This document shows, in pieces, positions 48,597 to 58,777 of a stretch of 62,250 nt of DNA. The stretch covers positions 1 through 62,250 of the forward strand of contig SOIH01000087.1 in NCBI GenBank assembly GCA_004376895.1. The letters run 5' to 3'. The translations under genes and the position numbers were made by a program. How positions within the stretch are numbered: the stretch's first letter is position 1; each line of letters starts with the position of its first letter. Under the pieces are notes generated by a model. That model was not told the origin of the DNA, ran no database searches, and saw only the letters and a list, made by a program, of their open reading frames with translations. The DNA comes from Anaerolineales bacterium. Its GTDB lineage: Bacteria; Chloroflexota; Anaerolineae; Anaerolineales; E44-bin32.

Positions 48597-49693
48597 GCGC
48601 CCCGCCCCCTCTTCATCGTTAGACGTTCAATCTCGCCCGCGATCTGCTTCGCTGCGCCCGGCTTTGATATTCTTCGCATTGCGGTCCCCATCTCTTTAAG
48701 CCGAGAGTGATCATGCATGAGTTCGCTGACTGTCGGCAGCAAAGTCCTGCGGAGATCTTCATCTCGAAGCACGATTGCCCCGCCGTTATCCTCGAGGTAA
48801 GCCGCATTCACTTCTTGATATCGCCAAGCATGTGGATAAGGAACAAGCACCGCCGGTAGCCCGAAGAGTGGATATTCCCCGATCGTGGCCGCGCCCGCGC
48901 GTGAGACAACCAAATCCGCTGCTCCTAGCGCTTGATCCATCCCCTCATGCAAATATGAATGCGGATAATACCGGTCCGCATACGTCATGTTAAGCTTCTC
49001 GATCACAGCCGGTACTCGCGGCCAGTCGAGGTCCCCTGTGATATGTACCACCTGTGCGATCTTGAGTAATTCAGGCAGAATCTCCCATACTGCCATATTG
49101 ATAGAGCGCGCCCCCCGACTGCCACCAAAGACCAATAAGGTCCGTGTACCCTCATCCAGACCAAAGATCCGCCTCGCTTCGGCTTTGCCCCTCACAACAA
49201 AGTCTGTCTGTGTCGGGTAGCCCGTCACGACGACCCGTTTTCGCCCGGAATAGAAACGTTCCGAGGCCGCCGTGGAGACGTTGATCACTCTGGCAAAGCG
49301 GCTGATCAGCCTCAAAGCCAGTGCCGGTTCGATATCCGGGACAAACACCGCCTGGGGCAGGCGCTGACTCGCAAGCGCCACAGGCACTCCCACATAACCC
49401 CCGGTAAAAAAGAGCACATCGGGCTGGAAGCGGCGGATGATCCGTTTCGCCGCGGGGATACCCTGGAGCAACCGGGATGCATTAAGTGGCAGGCTGCGTA
49501 TACCTACCCCATGCAGCCCTGCTGCTGGGATCGATTCGAACGGGACGCCCGCCCGTTTAACGAGCGCTGATTCCATGCCTCCCTGCCCTCCAACCCAGAG
49601 CACTTCAGCTTTCTCGCTGAGCTCGGCGATCACGGCCAAGGCGGGATACACGCCGCCCCCCGTCCCTCCGGCTGACACTAAAAGTCGCAACAT
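48593..49693 (-). CDS. murG: Undecaprenyldiphospho-muramoylpentapeptide N-acetylglucosaminyltransferase
   Basis: AGGTGGGVYPALA, TGGYV, FGGSRGARSIN, SRAGAAT and QEVNA. Confidence 0.93.
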   Translation of the reverse strand: MLRLLVSAGGTGGGVYPALAVIAELSEKAEVLWVGGQGGMESALVKRAGVPFESIPAAGLHGVGIRSLPLNASRLLQGIPAAKRIIRRFQPDVLFFTGGYVGVPVALASQRLPQAVFVPDIEPALALRLISRFARVINVSTAASERFYSGRKRVVVTGYPTQTDFVVRGKAEARRIFGLDEGTRTLLVFGGSRGARSINMAVWEILPELLKIAQVVHITGDLDWPRVPAVIEKLNMTYADRYYPHSYLHEGMDQALGAADLVVSRAGAATIGEYPLFGLPAVLVPYPHAWRYQEVNAAYLEDNGGAIVLRDEDLRRTLLPTVSELMHDHSRLKEMGTAMRRISKPGAAKQIAGEIERLTMKRGRGA

Positions 49694-50831
49694 AGCCTCG
49701 CTTCTTGGTTTCAGCTCTCTCCATCCGGGATACATTCAGAAGAAAGCCCACTCCGGTTAATATCGTGACCAGGCTGGAGCCGCCGTAGCTGAAGAATGGT
49801 AGAGCGTTGCCCGCAAACGGCAGCAGACCTAGAAGAACCGACATGTTAATTAGAGCTTCCGCTCCAATCCAAAAAGTGATCCCGCTGGCGAGGAGCAAGC
49901 CCAGCCGATCCTGCGTGCCGACTGCGACCCGGAAGCCTCGCCACATGAAAACGCAAAAAAGCGCCAAAATCAACAACGCGCCTATCAAACCAAGTTCCTC
50001 GCCAATGACAGCGTAAACACTGTCGGTATGCGGCGCCGGTAGAAAACCGAACTTTCCGCGACTTGCTCCTAATCCTCGACCGAGTATGCCGCCAGAGTAG
50101 AACGATTGCAGGGATTGCTGGACGTGATAATGTGCTTTTTCAATGTCCACTAACCCTTCTTTGAACTGTAACCAGCGCTGTGCGCCAGTCGAGTGAAGTC
50201 GAACAAGCAAATAACCAACCGACCCGCCGCCCAGAGCAAGCCCTAAAGTCTGTAAAGTCCGTGCTCCAGCCAGATAGAACATCGTCAGAGCAACCAATCC
50301 GATCGTCAGCCCTGCGCTCAAATCGGGCTGCGCGACGATAAAACCGCCGACTATGCCGACGATGATGATCATGGGCCAAAAGCCATAGCCCATTTCGCTT
50401 AGACGGTCCCCTTTTGATTCCATCCAGACCGCCAGGTAGATAACGAGCGCCAGCTTCGCCATCTCAGACGGCTGGACCGAGGCACCAAGAAAAGCGCGTT
50501 TATACTCCCCGCCGTAGTTGATGACCAACACAGCAAAAAGGATCAAAATCGTTGCGGCGATCAGAGGCAGCGCAATTCTTCGCAGCCAATCCAATGGAAA
50601 CCAGGCCGCCACAGCCATCGCGCCCAAACCGGCTAGCAAGTGCAGGACTTGACGGTTGAATATGTAATTGTTGTCCCCATAAAGTCGCCACGACACATCC
50701 CAGCTCGCGGAGTACACCATCACAAGACCCAGCGCGATCATGATGCCGGTGATGATTAAGAGCCACGGATCAACGTTAAGGTGAAAACGCCGCTGGCTGA
50801 ATTTAGACTCTGTAGATGGTGCTTGGATCAC
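49605..50831 (-). CDS. ftsW: Peptidoglycan glycosyltransferase FtsW (SEDS)
   Basis: MVYSAS, QPSEMAK, QPDLS, LPAPHTDSV, IGEELG and LPFFSYGGSS. Confidence 0.93.
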   Translation of the reverse strand: MIQAPSTESKFSQRRFHLNVDPWLLIITGIMIALGLVMVYSASWDVSWRLYGDNNYIFNRQVLHLLAGLGAMAVAAWFPLDWLRRIALPLIAATILILFAVLVINYGGEYKRAFLGASVQPSEMAKLALVIYLAVWMESKGDRLSEMGYGFWPMIIIVGIVGGFIVAQPDLSAGLTIGLVALTMFYLAGARTLQTLGLALGGGSVGYLLVRLHSTGAQRWLQFKEGLVDIEKAHYHVQQSLQSFYSGGILGRGLGASRGKFGFLPAPHTDSVYAVIGEELGLIGALLILALFCVFMWRGFRVAVGTQDRLGLLLASGITFWIGAEALINMSVLLGLLPFAGNALPFFSYGGSSLVTILTGVGFLLNVSRMERAETKKRGYVATFSVSRRDGGRRVSRLGRDRRAQRES

Positions 50832-52237
50832 AATTCCTCCACCAAGACGCGGAATCTCTCTCCGCGCACTTCGTAATTAGAGAACTCGTCAAAACTCGTC
50901 CCCCCAGGTGAAAGCACAACCACATCCCCTTCTTCAGCAACCTCTGCAGCCTCCTGAACAGCATCCGCCAGACTCTCGCAAATAACCATGGTCGGCTTGA
51001 CACCATCCTCGGCCGCCTCTTGGATATGACGTTCAATCTTTTGTGCTGCTTCTCCAAATAGGATCAGATGGTCCACTCGGCGGACAACCTCGTGAGCGAA
51101 TGTCTCCCAGGGGAGATCTTTATCCTGTCCACCTGCCAGCAGAACCTTTGGTTCTTCAAATGCCCGCACGGCTGCCAATGCGCGATCAGGAGTCGTAGCA
51201 ATCGAATCGTTGTACCATTCGACACCTCGCACCCGTCTTACAAACTCCAATCGATGTGGTATCCCCTGAAAATTGCGAGCCGTTTCGGTCATCGCCTCGA
51301 TAGGTAGCCCAGCTGCCGAAGCGAGTGCGCTTGCAGCGAGAAGATTCATAAGATTGTGCTTGCCCCGCAAGGAAACCTCTTCCACGCTACAGATCTCATG
51401 CTCCACATCTCCGGACTTCAAGCGAAGAATCCCATCTCGTACAAATGCAGATTCTTCCTCTTCGGTGGGCTGTTCCCAGTCAAATGCAATCAGCTTGCCC
51501 TGAACCAGGCTGCGCATCTCCCAAGTGAGCGGATCATCATGACGGACTACTGCGATGTCCTCTTCTGATTGATTGGCGAGAATGCGCTTCTTCGCTGCGG
51601 CATATACATCCATGGATCCATGGCGATCGAGATGATCGGGTGTCAGATTAAGAACCGCGGCGATGTGTGGACTCAGAGTCATAAGTTCCAGTTGGAACGA
51701 GGAAAGTTCCATGATAACGAGATCATTAGATTTGATCTCATCCAAGTCATTCAGCAACGGGCGACCGATGTTGCCGCCAACCCACACACGCCTCTCCGAG
51801 CCTTTGAATGCGATTTCTGCCATGCGGCCAACCAATGATGTAGTCGTCGTCTTTCCTGCAGAACCAGTAATGCCGATCACCGGCGCACAGCATGCCTCCA
51901 GGAATAGTTGTGTGTCGTTTGCCAATTCGATCCCTCGCTCACGAGCTTCAATTGCAATTGGCAAATCGATGGGCACACCACCTGACAGGAAAAGAACATC
52001 CGTCCCCTCGAGCAGGGAATTTGGATGACCGCCAAGCTGGTATGTCAGCTCATATGCCGCCAGCTCTTCGATTGCCGGTCCAAGCTGCTCAGCGCTCTTC
52101 TGGTCACTCACGACGACTTCAGCGCCTTTCTCCGACAGGAATTGCGCTAAGGCTTTTCCCTGTCGGGCAAGTCCGATGATGACGACACGCTTCCCTTTCC
52201 AATCTCTCACAACGGTCTTCCCGGAATGTATTCCCAC
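50828..52237 (-). CDS. murD: UDP-N-acetylmuramoyl-L-alanine--D-glutamate ligase
   Basis: ITGSAGKTTT, GGNIG, ELSSFQL, DHLDRH, HRLE, NDSIAT and SPGGTSFD. Confidence 0.95.
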   Translation of the reverse strand: MGIHSGKTVVRDWKGKRVVIIGLARQGKALAQFLSEKGAEVVVSDQKSAEQLGPAIEELAAYELTYQLGGHPNSLLEGTDVLFLSGGVPIDLPIAIEARERGIELANDTQLFLEACCAPVIGITGSAGKTTTTSLVGRMAEIAFKGSERRVWVGGNIGRPLLNDLDEIKSNDLVIMELSSFQLELMTLSPHIAAVLNLTPDHLDRHGSMDVYAAAKKRILANQSEEDIAVVRHDDPLTWEMRSLVQGKLIAFDWEQPTEEEESAFVRDGILRLKSGDVEHEICSVEEVSLRGKHNLMNLLAASALASAAGLPIEAMTETARNFQGIPHRLEFVRRVRGVEWYNDSIATTPDRALAAVRAFEEPKVLLAGGQDKDLPWETFAHEVVRRVDHLILFGEAAQKIERHIQEAAEDGVKPTMVICESLADAVQEAAEVAEEGDVVVLSPGGTSFDEFSNYEVRGERFRVLVEEL

Positions 52238-52240
52238 ACG

Positions 52241-52534
52241 TCAGGCAGCGATTTCCTGAATCGCCGGTTTGCTCTGCTTCCTCTTTTTCTTCGTGCGCGA
52301 TTTCTTGGAGGTCTCCTCTACGCCTATCCAATAGTGGTTTGGCATGACATTACGAGCCTTCCGTATCTTTACACCGGAGACCAGCCCTTCCTGGTTTCCA
52401 TCTAATGTGGAAGGGTGTACCAGGCAATGTGTAGGAGTTTCGCCGAACTTACCCTGGTAGAAGGTGACCGCCTGGCTCACCTTATCCTGCATCGAACTCT
52501 TACCATCGTCGAACCACAGCATTCCGATTTCCAT
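52241..52534 (-). CDS. Hypothetical protein (97 aa) between mraY and murD
   Basis: SD AAGGAGG. Protein-like sequence MEIGMLWFDD...YQGKFGETPTHCLVHP...PNHYWIG with a Lys-rich tail. Confidence 0.75.
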   Translation of the reverse strand: MEIGMLWFDDGKSSMQDKVSQAVTFYQGKFGETPTHCLVHPSTLDGNQEGLVSGVKIRKARNVMPNHYWIGVEETSKKSRTKKKRKQSKPAIQEIAA

Positions 52535-52554
52535 AGCAACACCCTCCTTAGCTG

Positions 52555-53550
52555 TTAGATGAGTGCCAAAGCCACTCCGAACATGCCGGCGAGCAGCGCG
52601 ACCAACCAGAAGCGCTGCACAATCTGAGTTTCGCTCCAGCCACTCAATTCAAAGTGGTAGTGCAAAGGAGCCATCTTGAAAAAACGACGACCTTTTGTGA
52701 TCTTGAAATACGCCACCTGGATGATCACGCTCAAGGTCACGCTGAACGGGATAATTGCAATGACCGGCAATAGAGCCCAATGACCCGTCATGAGAGCGAC
52801 GATTGCGAGCGAGGCACCGAGGGCCAATGATCCTGTATCACCCATGAAAAGTTCCGCGGGGTAGGCGTTGTACCAAAGGAAGGCGAAAATGGCGCCTACC
52901 ATCGTGAAGCAGAAGCGCACTAGGAATATTTGTCCTTGGAGTGCAGCAACCGCGCCATAAGCAGCAAATGCCATCGCCGCGATCAAACCCGCTAATCCAT
53001 CTAATCCATCGGTTAAATTAACAGCATTGCTTGTACCGATGATGATGAACATCGCAAGGGGAACGTACCAGATACCCAGCTCGATAACTTCCGGGTAATT
53101 TGGCAGAATCATCTCCGGCGGCTTCAACCCATACTTCAAGATCAAAGAGGCCCCGAGTGCGATAACGCCTTGCAGTAAGAACTTCCAGCGCGCCCGCATC
53201 CCTCCGACACCTCGGGGCCTCCTGATCCCAAGCCAATCATCCCAGGCGCCCACCAACGCGAAGAGCAGGAGCGTTATCATCGGCAAAAGTATCGAGTTGC
53301 CGAAGACATTTAGCTCACTCACAATGGACACCAGGTTTAGAACACCGGTGATCAAGAGCACCGGGATAATGAACAACCACCCACCCATAGTCGGGGTACC
53401 GAGCTTCATGGTGTGCCGCCGGGGACCCTCAATCGAGATTTGCTCTCCAATCTTTAGCGAACGCATAATACGAATCAGTGGACCACCCCAAATCACCGTT
53501 AGAAGGAACGTAATTCCTCCTAGCGCCAAAGCGCTGGCTGCTTGTGTCAT
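52555..53550 (-). CDS. mraY: Phospho-N-acetylmuramoyl-pentapeptide transferase
   Basis: GTPTMGG, NAVNLTDGLDGL, FMGDTGS and APLHYHFE. Confidence 0.96.
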   Translation of the reverse strand: MTQAASALALGGITFLLTVIWGGPLIRIMRSLKIGEQISIEGPRRHTMKLGTPTMGGWLFIIPVLLITGVLNLVSIVSELNVFGNSILLPMITLLLFALVGAWDDWLGIRRPRGVGGMRARWKFLLQGVIALGASLILKYGLKPPEMILPNYPEVIELGIWYVPLAMFIIIGTSNAVNLTDGLDGLAGLIAAMAFAAYGAVAALQGQIFLVRFCFTMVGAIFAFLWYNAYPAELFMGDTGSLALGASLAIVALMTGHWALLPVIAIIPFSVTLSVIIQVAYFKITKGRRFFKMAPLHYHFELSGWSETQIVQRFWLVALLAGMFGVALALI

Positions 53551-54968
53551 TCGATTTCCTCCAGCGCAGTTACGATTCGATCCAGGCGCATCCCATGAGA
53601 GCCCTTCACCAGCACGACATCTCCTTCTCCGACTTTCTCATCCAGATACTCAATGACATCGTCCCCATCTCCAAGCATGACCACCTGGCTTTCGCTAAGC
53701 CGAGCTGCGCGCGCCTCTTTTGCAATCCACTGTGCCCGCTCACCCACAGTGATCAACAAATCCACCACCTGGGCTGCACGAGCTCCGACCATGCGATGAC
53801 CGCGTTCCTCAAACTCACCTAATTCGAGCATGTCGCCCAAGACAGCTATCTTCCGGCCATCTAGATCGTCAAGCAGATTAAGCGCAGCGATTACAGAGGT
53901 TGGAGCGGCGTTGTAAGTGTCGTCCAGCAGCAGCGCTCCGCTGGTGGAGTGCACGGCTACCAAGCGCAGTTGGCTGTGCGTATCCTGCAGACCACCTATA
54001 ATTTCACTCCAACTCAATCCTTCGACAATCCCAACCGATGCAGCCCGCAAAATGGTATGAACCGAGTGGCGTCCGAGCAGCGGTACTCGGCAATGAATGG
54101 CTTCTTCGCCGTGGTGGACTACGCAGCGCAACCCTTCCAATCCCAGACCTTCAACATCGCTTGCCCACAGGTCAGCCTCAGGGGAAATACCGTAATAAAA
54201 GACCCGTGCCTGAGTGCGCTCAGCCAATTCTCGCACGAGGGGATCGTCATAATTTAGGATGGCAACACCCTCCGGCGCCGGCGGCAGCGCTTCGACCAGT
54301 TCACCTTTCCCGCGCACAATTGCATCCATGCTCCCTGCTCGCTCAAGATGCACTTGGCTTATGTTGGTCACCACCCCAATCTGCGGTTTTGCGATGTCGC
54401 ACAGAAGTGCAATCTCGCCCGGGATGTAGAAGCCCATCTCCAAGACCGCGCGTTCATGCGCTTCCGTAAGGCGCAATATACTCAACGGCAACCCAATCTC
54501 ATTATTGAGGTTTCCAGGACTGCGCACCGTCTTATAGCGGCGGCTCAGCACATCCGCAACGAGTTCTTTCGTCGTTGATTTCCCCACACTTCCCGTGATC
54601 CCGATCACTCGTACTTCGGACTGAGCTCGCCAGGTCATCGCCGCCGTCTGTAAGGCTTCGAGTGTGTTGGCTACCCTCAGGATGATGGGTGGTTCTAAAT
54701 CCTGCTTAAGCTGCGCCGCTAGCGGTTTCCGCAAGTCGAGGCTGCTGGCTTCCAGCGGAACGTCACGCTCCACCAGCGCGGCCACCGCCCCGCGCTCAAA
54801 AGCATCGGCCACATAATCATGACCGTCTGCCGATTCCCCATCCATAGCAACGAAGAGCCCACCAGACGTCGCCTGGCGCGAATCGACGACCGCGTCAGTA
54901 ATCACTTCACCCAACCCGGTGATTTTCTCTTCAGTAATCGCTTCAACGAGATAATGTATTGTCAGCAT
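53547..54968 (-). CDS. murF: UDP-N-acetylmuramoyl-tripeptide--D-alanyl-D-alanine ligase
   Basis: ITGSVGKSTTKE, NNEIGLP, DDTYNA, GDMLELG and LVKGSHG. Confidence 0.95.
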   Translation of the reverse strand: MLTIHYLVEAITEEKITGLGEVITDAVVDSRQATSGGLFVAMDGESADGHDYVADAFERGAVAALVERDVPLEASSLDLRKPLAAQLKQDLEPPIILRVANTLEALQTAAMTWRAQSEVRVIGITGSVGKSTTKELVADVLSRRYKTVRSPGNLNNEIGLPLSILRLTEAHERAVLEMGFYIPGEIALLCDIAKPQIGVVTNISQVHLERAGSMDAIVRGKGELVEALPPAPEGVAILNYDDPLVRELAERTQARVFYYGISPEADLWASDVEGLGLEGLRCVVHHGEEAIHCRVPLLGRHSVHTILRAASVGIVEGLSWSEIIGGLQDTHSQLRLVAVHSTSGALLLDDTYNAAPTSVIAALNLLDDLDGRKIAVLGDMLELGEFEERGHRMVGARAAQVVDLLITVGERAQWIAKEARAARLSESQVVMLGDGDDVIEYLDEKVGEGDVVLVKGSHGMRLDRIVTALEEIE

Positions 54969-54985
54969 TGAAAATTAAATCCGTC

Positions 54986-56797
54986 CTAATTTCCTGCTGT
55001 TATCTGCTCCCGCACGCTATCGGGCGGGATCTCCAACATGGCAACGAGACGCTCAACAACATCACGAAAAACAGGGGCGGCGACGACAGAACCCCAAGGT
55101 GAGGATTCCGGCTTGTCCAACCGCACCAGGACCACGAACCTCGGATCGGATACCGGACCCCAACCAATAAATGAAGCAATTGTCCAGCGGTCGTCGTAGC
55201 CGCTTTCTGTGGGGATCTGGGCTGTACCGGTCTTCCCCGCAATCACATAGCCGTTCACATGTGCGTGCCTCGCCTCACCCTCGACCGATTGGACCAACAT
55301 CTCCGTTAAGGTCCTGGCACTTTCGGCCGAAATCGGCTTTCCGAGCGTTGTAGGTTTCGGCCAATACGCACCCTCCGGACCCACAACGGCTCTAACGATA
55401 TGGGGCTGAACCATGACACCATCATTCGCAACAGCTCCAACCGCTGCGATCAACTGCACCGGCGTCACGGAAATCCCTTGGCCGAATGAATTCGTGCCCA
55501 GATCCGCCATTGTCCACTCAGGATGACGTGGTGTGCGCATCTGCCCAGAGACCTCGCCGGAGAGATCAATTCCTGTAACTCTCCCCATCCCGAAAGCTGT
55601 TAGATACTCATAGAAAGGGGCTGCGCCGAGTTTCTCAGAGGCCACATAGGCGAGACAGACATTCAGGGAATGCTGAATACAACCCACCATCGTCTGCGGT
55701 CCCCAGGCACCCCCGTTCCAGTTGCGGATCTTCACGCCGCCAACCTCAATTACGCCTCTATCGATAAATTGGTCCTCGGGCTCAATCACGCCGGCGTCGA
55801 TCGCCGCAGCCATCGTCAGGATCTTGAATGTTGATCCTGGCTCAAACTGCCCGCCAACAGCCGGGTTAATGACGAGTTCATCTTCCTCGGTCTCCAAATC
55901 CTCCGCTTCGACGCCCAGCTCTGCGAGCCACGGCTCATAGTTATTTGGATCCAGTGAGGGCAAGATCGCCATCGCCAGGATCTCACCATTTCGCGGATCC
56001 ATGACGATGATCTGTCCCGATTCAGAACCCGAATCTTCTATCGCCTTTCGCAAGATGTCATCAGTCATTTGTTGAATATCCAGGTCAATGGTCAATACGA
56101 GATTGACCCCCGTCGGCGTATCCGGTTGAATCCGCGCTTCTGGAGGGATATAACCGCGCTCGACTGTGATCGCCTTGCCTCCCAGCCAGTTGTCGTAGAA
56201 CCCCTCGATGCCGAAGTAGCCTTTACCTTCCTGATTTACGAACCCAAGGACATGACCCGCGAGCTCACTGGCTGGATACTCGCGCTTGGGCGCAGGAACT
56301 GGCTTCAACCCGCTGAGATCTGGAGCTTCTGGATCCAACAGGAAGCTCTTCAACACATCCGCGGCGACCTGGTCTATCGTGATTGGCCAACGGTCTCCGC
56401 CGTCCACCTCGCGCGTCAAGCGAATACGATATAGACCGAGAGAACCCCAATCTGCATTCAACTGGTTGTAAAGGTCCTCATAGGGGAGCACCAAGGTTCG
56501 AGCAAGCACCGCTGCGATCTGTTTCCGGCTCGCCTGCGTGAGCTGGAAAACCTCGACTTCCAAGTAGTACATGGGCACATTCGTGGCGAGCAGGTCGCCA
56601 TCGCGATCGTAGATCAAGCCCCGCACTGGATCGATCTCGGCTTCAGTATCCTCTGCTGCTTCAATCCATGTAGAGAAAACTGGGGCATAGGGTCCAAACT
56701 GGACCCGGATGAGCTGGATGAACATCGCCAAAGCGCTCATCCCCATGATCACGAGCAACACGCTTACCCTACGATAGGGAAGACTGGTTGGGATCAT
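54986..56797 (-). CDS. ftsI: Class B penicillin-binding protein (FtsI/PBP2-like)
   Basis: RGLIYDRDG, SxxK (GSTFK), SxN (SLN) and KTG. The start at 56797 overlaps the ftsL-like stop (ATGA). Confidence 0.92.
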   Translation of the reverse strand: MIPTSLPYRRVSVLLVIMGMSALAMFIQLIRVQFGPYAPVFSTWIEAAEDTEAEIDPVRGLIYDRDGDLLATNVPMYYLEVEVFQLTQASRKQIAAVLARTLVLPYEDLYNQLNADWGSLGLYRIRLTREVDGGDRWPITIDQVAADVLKSFLLDPEAPDLSGLKPVPAPKREYPASELAGHVLGFVNQEGKGYFGIEGFYDNWLGGKAITVERGYIPPEARIQPDTPTGVNLVLTIDLDIQQMTDDILRKAIEDSGSESGQIIVMDPRNGEILAMAILPSLDPNNYEPWLAELGVEAEDLETEEDELVINPAVGGQFEPGSTFKILTMAAAIDAGVIEPEDQFIDRGVIEVGGVKIRNWNGGAWGPQTMVGCIQHSLNVCLAYVASEKLGAAPFYEYLTAFGMGRVTGIDLSGEVSGQMRTPRHPEWTMADLGTNSFGQGISVTPVQLIAAVGAVANDGVMVQPHIVRAVVGPEGAYWPKPTTLGKPISAESARTLTEMLVQSVEGEARHAHVNGYVIAGKTGTAQIPTESGYDDRWTIASFIGWGPVSDPRFVVLVRLDKPESSPWGSVVAAPVFRDVVERLVAMLEIPPDSVREQITAGN

Positions 56798-57303
56798 TGC
56801 CGTCCATTTCTCCCTGGTGACACTAATCGAGATATCCAATCGCCGAGTGTTTCTGTGTATGCGGGCGATAACCCGCCCTCGCGTTCTGTTGTGGAATTTG
56901 GCGGCGTTGGAGCAACGAAGGGATCTGGTGGAACATACCCAGCGACAACGATATATTCGATGTCTCCAAGTTCAGCCGGGCGAAAACCCAACGTTAAGGC
57001 CCGCTCTAACATTCGCTCCGGCGTGGTCAATTCTGCAAACGTAGCCGTCAACTCGGCGATCTGCCGCTGCAATTCGGCTCGCTCCGATTGCAGGATCAGC
57101 ACATTTCGACCAGATCGGGCAACGCGTGCATTTACCGCAAGGTAGAGACCACCGATGATGAGGAGCACTATAGCGGTCAGCACCGTTCGACTGGTGATCC
57201 GAAGTTGGGAACGCCAGGGTGTGAGTTTAAATGCTTGTTTTCGACGTTTTTTCACGTTTTCACCTGCGCCGGCATTGCTCGAATCAGTGCCTGCAAGGAT
57301 CAT
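56794..57303 (-). CDS. FtsL-like cell division protein
   Basis: Basic N-terminus, one TM and a coiled coil ending RALTLGF. Canonical position between rsmH and ftsI. Confidence 0.7.
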   Translation of the reverse strand: MILAGTDSSNAGAGENVKKRRKQAFKLTPWRSQLRITSRTVLTAIVLLIIGGLYLAVNARVARSGRNVLILQSERAELQRQIAELTATFAELTTPERMLERALTLGFRPAELGDIEYIVVAGYVPPDPFVAPTPPNSTTEREGGLSPAYTETLGDWISRLVSPGRNGRQ

Positions 57304-58253
57304 GCCGTTGTCAGACGCTCCGCGACCCGCAAACGAGCACTTCGAGCTCGAGGGTTGTGCGAAATCTCATCGCTTTCCGGTCTGATAGGCTTCTTTGTTA
57401 GAACTCGTAGAGTCGCTGCGTGTTCACAGCAACAGATCAATTGCTCCGGCGGGCAAATGCAGTCTCGACTCTCCCGGCGGAAGAACCGCTTGACGATACG
57501 ATCCTCCAGCGAGTGGAATGAGATCACAGCTAACCTTCCCCCTGGAGAAAGCAACCTTACTGCGGTTTCTAGACCTGCCTTCAACGTTTCGAGTTCATCG
57601 TTGACGACAATACGCAGCGCCTGAAAAGTTCGCGTCGCGGGGTGGATTCCCTTTCGTTTCGTCGCCGCTTTACTGGCGATAACTTCAGCTAACTGGGAAG
57701 TGGTTTTCAGTGGACGGGCCTGCACAATCGCCTCCGCAATTGCCCGGGCACGAGGATCCTCTCCATAGCGCTTGATCACATCTGCTAATTCCTCTAGCGG
57801 CATATGGTTTACGAGTTCATCCGCCATGAAATCCCCATCTGGATCGAAGCGCATGTCCAGGGGACCATCGAAGCGGAACGAGAACCCCCGTTTAGGATCC
57901 TCGAGCTGCATTGATGAAAGTCCCAGATCGAGCAAGATTGCGTCCACCCGATCCCACCCTAGAGCAGATGCTTCATCATGCATCGCTGTGTAAGATGCAT
58001 GGCGCAAGCTCACCCGATCACCAAAAGGCTCCAAGCGGAATTCCGCGAGTTCCAGCGCATTCGGGTCACGGTCTAGTCCGAGCAGTCTGCCATCCGGAGA
58101 AGAGCATTCGAGGATGCCCGCTGCATGTCCGCCTGCGCCTACCGTGCCATCTATGTAGTGCCCGCCCGCGTGCAAATTCAGCGCAGTGAGCACATTCTGG
58201 TAAAGTACCGGGGTATGTCCACTGGCAGAAACTGCGCCGGAGGACGCGTTCAT
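57300..58253 (-). CDS. rsmH: 16S rRNA C1402 N4-methyltransferase
   Basis: HTPVL, DGTVGAGGHA, DLGLSSMQL, FQALRI, ISFHSLEDR and NPRARSARLR. Confidence 0.96.
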   Translation of the reverse strand: MNASSGAVSASGHTPVLYQNVLTALNLHAGGHYIDGTVGAGGHAAGILECSSPDGRLLGLDRDPNALELAEFRLEPFGDRVSLRHASYTAMHDEASALGWDRVDAILLDLGLSSMQLEDPKRGFSFRFDGPLDMRFDPDGDFMADELVNHMPLEELADVIKRYGEDPRARAIAEAIVQARPLKTTSQLAEVIASKAATKRKGIHPATRTFQALRIVVNDELETLKAGLETAVRLLSPGGRLAVISFHSLEDRIVKRFFRRESRDCICPPEQLICCCEHAATLRVLTKKPIRPESDEISHNPRARSARLRVAERLTTA

Positions 58254-58256
58254 CGC

Positions 58257-58694
58257 CTACCCCGCGGAGAGATCAAATTGAGTAAAGCGACGGGCATTGA
58301 TGTCTGGATCCATTACGTCGTTGAGTTCCTCTAACCACGCGCCTGAATTCCAGAGCTCAAAATACTCACCCGTGCCGACGATCGTCGTCTCGCCATCTAG
58401 TTTTGCGTATTCCCGTAGGAATGGTGGAATCAAAATACGGCCCGAGGTGTCGAGTTGGACTTCCGTCGCGCCGCCGAAGATTAACCTGCGCACCGCACGC
58501 GCCTCTGGATCTGTCGTGGTTAGAATTGTTGTGCTCTCTGCTAACTTTTGGAATCTTTCCATGGTATAAACGAACAGGTTGCGATCGAAACCTTGCGTGA
58601 CAAACGCTCCCGAGGCGAGAGCCGCCCGGTAGCGAACCGGTATAGTCAATCGGCCCTTAGCGTCTATACTATGAGTGTATTGTCCTAAGAACAT
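58257..58694 (-). CDS. mraZ: dcw cluster transcriptional repressor MraZ
   Basis: MFLGQYTHSIDAKGRLTIP, LDTSGRILIP and FELWN. Confidence 0.96.
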   Translation of the reverse strand: MFLGQYTHSIDAKGRLTIPVRYRAALASGAFVTQGFDRNLFVYTMERFQKLAESTTILTTTDPEARAVRRLIFGGATEVQLDTSGRILIPPFLREYAKLDGETTIVGTGEYFELWNSGAWLEELNDVMDPDINARRFTQFDLSAG

Positions 58695-58742
58695 GTGTTC
58701 TAACCGTTCCTATAATATCGAAACGCCGGCATTCACCGGCGT

Positions 58743-58777
58743 CCCACTTTCTCCCACATTTCCCCACCAACGCCCAC
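58743..58777 (-). promoter_or_regulatory. MraZ-binding direct repeats (4 x GTGGG at 10-bp period)
   Basis: CCCAC at 58743, 58753, 58763 and 58773 on the plus strand. Directly downstream of a minus-strand TTGCAT-N18-TATACT promoter (58807-58778). Confidence 0.85.
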
